NCBI GenBank assembly: GCA_040757555.1
Contig: JBFLWN010000002.1
Coordinates: forward strand, 83,116 to 147,115
DNA: 64,000 bases
From: Patescibacteria group bacterium
Lineage (GTDB): Bacteria; Patescibacteriota; Minisyncoccia; UBA6257; GWB1-50-10
Direction of reading: 5' to 3'
Shown piece by piece: positions 60,722-64,000 of the stretch (position 1 is its first letter; every line of letters starts with the position of its first letter). The notes beneath the pieces are model-generated. The model ran no database searches. It saw only the letters and a program-made list of their open reading frames with translations, and was not told where the DNA came from. The position numbers and the translations under genes were made by a program.

Positions 60722-61459
60722 ATGTCACAATGTCTTGCAATTCACAAAAGTAAAATAGAATCATTGGATGTGTGGAAGAAAATAACCAGAGAAAAAGAAT
60801 CTTCCGAAACACTTTCCGTGTTTCTTCCACTCGAAAAAGAAGAAATAGAAAAACTCATAAACGCCATACAAGAAAATAAAACATTTAAAGAGCGACATGG
60901 AGAAAACGGAGTTGAATCCGATTCTGAATGGCAGCAAATTGTCTTCTATGGACTTATTGTCAAAGGAAAAAAGTTTTTTACCTATACAAGAGGTACCCCC
61001 GAAAAAAACAAGGGATTTGGAGATAAACGTATTGCCGGGAAAATAGCCGTTGGAGTAGGTGGGCACATAGAACCGTTTGATACAAACTTCACTGATTCGC
61101 TCTATCGGGAGATAGATGAGGAGGTGGTGTTTGTAAAAAACAATACTCGTCTTGACTTTAGGAATGGAAGTAAAGATGTGGATATCTCACTTCTCAATAA
61201 AATCATCTCTGTGGAAATAAAGGGAGTTATAAAAGATGATTCGGATGACATTGGAAAAGTACATTTCGGAATTTTTTATGTCGCCCGTATTTTAGATAAT
61301 TCAATTGATGTCGAAGTTAGAGATGATTACGAAAACGAATTTGGATCACTTGTTGATATGGAAGAATATATCACCCTCACCAAACGCGGAGGAATCCCAG
61401 AATCTTGGACAGAGCTTGTTATGAAAAGTGATTTTTTCAAATCAAAAATAATCAAATAA
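60722..61459 (+). CDS. NUDIX-like phosphoesterase (YmaB-like)
   Basis: QQIVFY, YTR, VGVGGHI, LYREIDEE, GKVHFG, ESW. Confidence 0.75.
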   Translation: MSQCLAIHKSKIESLDVWKKITREKESSETLSVFLPLEKEEIEKLINAIQENKTFKERHGENGVESDSEWQQIVFYGLIVKGKKFFTYTRGTPEKNKGFGDKRIAGKIAVGVGGHIEPFDTNFTDSLYREIDEEVVFVKNNTRLDFRNGSKDVDISLLNKIISVEIKGVIKDDSDDIGKVHFGIFYVARILDNSIDVEVRDDYENEFGSLVDMEEYITLTKRGGIPESWTELVMKSDFFKSKIIK

Positions 61460-61499
61460 AAAATTCCCCTGCTCCAGGGGAATTTTTATTATATGAGCG

Positions 61500-61694
61500 C
61501 TAACCTCGTATACGTAGATAGTGCTCATCGATCGGATAATAATCTCCATCAAACGATCCTTGTATAGAGCGTTGAATGAATTCGGAAAAAAGCGAAGTAT
61601 TTTCTTCGGGTTTTTTCTCTTTTTCATTCCCAGGGGATTTATTTGTGTCATCTCCCTGAGAGAGATTATTGTGGTTTTTTTCATCTGCAGCCAT
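61500..61694 (-). CDS. small hypothetical protein
   Basis: GGAGG RBS upstream of ATG 61694; hairpin 61456..61490 downstream. Confidence 0.4.
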   Translation of the reverse strand: MAADEKNHNNLSQGDDTNKSPGNEKEKKPEENTSLFSEFIQRSIQGSFDGDYYPIDEHYLRIRG

Positions 61695-61990
61695 GACATC
61701 CTCCCTTCCATTTTTATTTATAAAAGATCTTCAGGTTTATTTTTCCCTGAGAGATAAAAAGAATATATTCCTTCCATTTCTCAGATAAAAACAAAATTTC
61801 CCGGATAAACCGGGAAATTTCTGATTTTGCTTTTTATTCTTATAAAATCACAAGTTCCCGGTTCATACCGAAATAATAAGGACTACAAGAATAAGAACGA
61901 CGTTCGTCGCAATTATTGGTATTCGATATTTTGTGGAAACTGATTTCATATCTATTTTATTATTACAGAAAATGAGAATAAAAATCAATA

Positions 61991-62422
61991 CTACCTAACT
62001 GTTGATAATGGGATTCGTAGTTGAACCGATCCCGCAGTGACACTTCCATCAGAATTAGTGGTCCCAGTTATCATCACATTTTCTCCCACAAGAAGATCAG
62101 CGGATGACCCCTGCACCGACTTCATCACTGGTGTGGAACTCGAAAGAAAAACTATTTTTGACCCCCCGTCACCCAGCTTCACCGTTATGGTAGTTGCGTC
62201 TTTTGATATGATTTCTCCACTCAAAAAGCCCCCTCCCTGGCCCCTTTGTCCCATCATGGCATTCCCCCCTCCTTGTCTTAGATTTTGCCCCCCAAGCTGC
62301 ATTCGTCCGTTTGTTGGTACATTCCATTTATTTCCTCCATACTTTGTACCTACGTAAAACCCTATCGCACCGACAATACACACGATCACAATGACTGGTA
62401 TTATCTTTTTTATATCTTTCAT
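61991..62422 (-). CDS. membrane-anchored OB-fold-like (DUF5666-like) protein
   Basis: TM, Gly-rich linker, GEIISKD...ITVKL...DL.VGE.V.I.G...DGSVTA. Confidence 0.7.
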   Translation of the reverse strand: MKDIKKIIPVIVIVCIVGAIGFYVGTKYGGNKWNVPTNGRMQLGGQNLRQGGGNAMMGQRGQGGGFLSGEIISKDATTITVKLGDGGSKIVFLSSSTPVMKSVQGSSADLLVGENVMITGTTNSDGSVTAGSVQLRIPLSTVR

Positions 62423-62481
62423 ATTTTTTCTTTTTTAGAAATCATCGACGAATGATTCCGTTATGTATATATAATTTTTAT

Positions 62482-63705
62482 TTATTCGTATCTCAATGCT
62501 TCAATCGGATTCAATGATGCGGCTCGACGAGCAGGATAATATCCAAAAATAATTCCAATACCCGCAGAAACACCAAACGCAAGCATCACCGATCCGGAAG
62601 AAATACTCGTCGGAATTCCAGCAAGTTGTGTGGTAAGAAACGCAAGAAACCATCCAAATAACACACCAACAATTCCTCCGAGAAATGTGAGTGCAACGGA
62701 CTCGGTAATAAACTGAATGGTGATATCAATTTTTTTTGCACCGATTGCTTTTCGAAGTCCTATCTCACGCGTACGTTCAGTAACTGTGGTAAGCATCATA
62801 TTCATAATTCCAATACCACCGACTAAAAGAGAAATCCCACCAATCGCTCCAAGAAGAATGGTGAATATTCCAGTCACCGATGACGCAGTAGCAACGATAT
62901 CGGCTTGATTTAACACACTGAAATCCGCAAGTTGTGGATCAGAAATTTTATGACGTTGCAGTAATAAATCGGTAACTTGTTGCTGGACGTCACCCATGGA
63001 AGTTTGGTCTTGAGCTGCAATACTTATTGACGTTACATAAATATCCCCAGCGAGGAATCGCTGCGCGGTCGAAAGCGGAACAAATGCCATATCATCTTGA
63101 TTTCCAAATCCGCTTCCTCCTTTCGATTTTGTAATTCCAATAACTTTAAAATCAACTTTATTTATTCTCACCGATTGTCCAATTGCCTCAGCCCCGACAC
63201 CAAATAAATCATCACGAGTGGTTGGACCAAGTACCACTACACGTGCAAGGCTACTCACCTGCTGATCGGTAATAAATGAACCGGTATCTATTTCGATATT
63301 ACGCACATCTGGATATCTTGATACCGTCCCTATTACTTGTGTATTCGTATTGGTCCCCTTTGCGGTAATTTGATATCTGCGGGAAACTTCAGGAGCAATG
63401 GCTTTTACTAATGTAACATTTTTTGTAATTGCATCGGCATCTTCTTGCGTAAGTGTTTGTGCGGATCCGCGCCCAGAACTCACTTGTACGCCCGCACCAC
63501 GTTGTGTCCCAGGAGATACGATAATCAAATTTGAACCAATTGATTGAATTCTTGATTCGATTGAACCTTGTGCCCCTTGTCCAATCGAAACCATTCCAAT
63601 CACAGAACCAATACCAATCACAATACCGAGCATTGTGAGCCCTGTTCGCACTTTATTCACGGTAAGTGAAAAATATGTTTCTTCTATTAAATCAGATATC
63701 TTCAT
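62482..63705 (-). CDS. MacB-family ABC transporter permease
   Basis: [53 protein letters not shown]. Confidence 0.93.
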   Translation of the reverse strand: MKISDLIEETYFSLTVNKVRTGLTMLGIVIGIGSVIGMVSIGQGAQGSIESRIQSIGSNLIIVSPGTQRGAGVQVSSGRGSAQTLTQEDADAITKNVTLVKAIAPEVSRRYQITAKGTNTNTQVIGTVSRYPDVRNIEIDTGSFITDQQVSSLARVVVLGPTTRDDLFGVGAEAIGQSVRINKVDFKVIGITKSKGGSGFGNQDDMAFVPLSTAQRFLAGDIYVTSISIAAQDQTSMGDVQQQVTDLLLQRHKISDPQLADFSVLNQADIVATASSVTGIFTILLGAIGGISLLVGGIGIMNMMLTTVTERTREIGLRKAIGAKKIDITIQFITESVALTFLGGIVGVLFGWFLAFLTTQLAGIPTSISSGSVMLAFGVSAGIGIIFGYYPARRAASLNPIEALRYE

Positions 63706-64000
63706 GTTATTGCGTTATGGGTATGTGCCACCCGTTTATGAATATTCTTTTTATCCTCGAGAATCGCACCATCAACAATATGAATGATTCGATCCGCGTG
63801 TTCAGCGACATACGGTTCATGCGTAATCAAAATAATAGTGTGATTATGTTTTCGATTTAATTCCTGAAACGTGCCGAGAACAATTTCACCTGTTTTTGAA
63901 TCGAGATTTCCCGTTGGTTCATCTGCAAAAATAATACTTGGACTATTTACAAGTGCCCGTGCAATTGCAACACGTTGCATCTGCCCTCCGGAAAGTTGAT
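63702..64000 (-). CDS. ABC transporter ATP-binding protein (MacB/LolD-like), 5' partial
   Basis: [28 protein letters not shown]; ATGA overlap with the permease. Confidence 0.92.
   Translation of the reverse strand, partial: QLSGGQMQRVAIARALVNSPSIIFADEPTGNLDSKTGEIVLGTFQELNRKHNHTIILITHEPYVAEHADRIIHIVDGAILEDKKNIHKRVAHTHNAIT

Noticed and set aside
1-64000. Alternative genetic code (UGA=Gly, as in Gracilibacteria/SR1)
   Set aside because: Long conserved genes are uninterrupted under code 11, TGA ends several genes, and RF2 is present.
1-64000. Prophage, IS element or integrase
   Set aside because: No transposase, integrase, terminase or phage structural motifs recognised in any ORF.

Overview
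AT-rich, gene-dense bacterial chromosome segment, read with the standard genetic code (TGA is used as a stop) and with most genes on the minus strand. Gene content suggests Patescibacteria/CPR, probably Parcubacteria (inference). Housekeeping genes: uvrD-like helicase-nuclease, recQ, dus, rpsL-rpsG-fusA, rpmB, prfB-ftsE-ftsX, rpoB-rpoC-rpsF-ssb-rpsR, mltG, rodA, tpiA, mraY, scpAB, ychF, dnaX, xseAB, a P-type ATPase and a MacB-type ABC transporter. There are four tRNAs (Gly-CCC, Pro-GGG, Thr-CGT, Gln-TTG). The most striking unexplained structure is a ~150-165 bp non-coding module behind tRNA-Pro (two units), tRNA-Thr and tRNA-Gln: hairpin, inverted copy of that tRNA's own T-arm, structured core, direct copy of that tRNA's 3' end, hairpin. 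At tRNA-Gly a related right end encloses an MFS gene, which suggests a tRNA-anchored mobile or gene-capture system with no recombinase in the window. Other notable items: five paralogues of a ~600-aa Cys-rich protein, an RF2 lacking its N-terminal domain, two small ORFs missed by the ORF track (a 25-aa basic peptide and a stand-alone S4 domain), twin palindromes at ~8.0 kb, and many -10 boxes 6-8 nt before start codons (leaderless-type).
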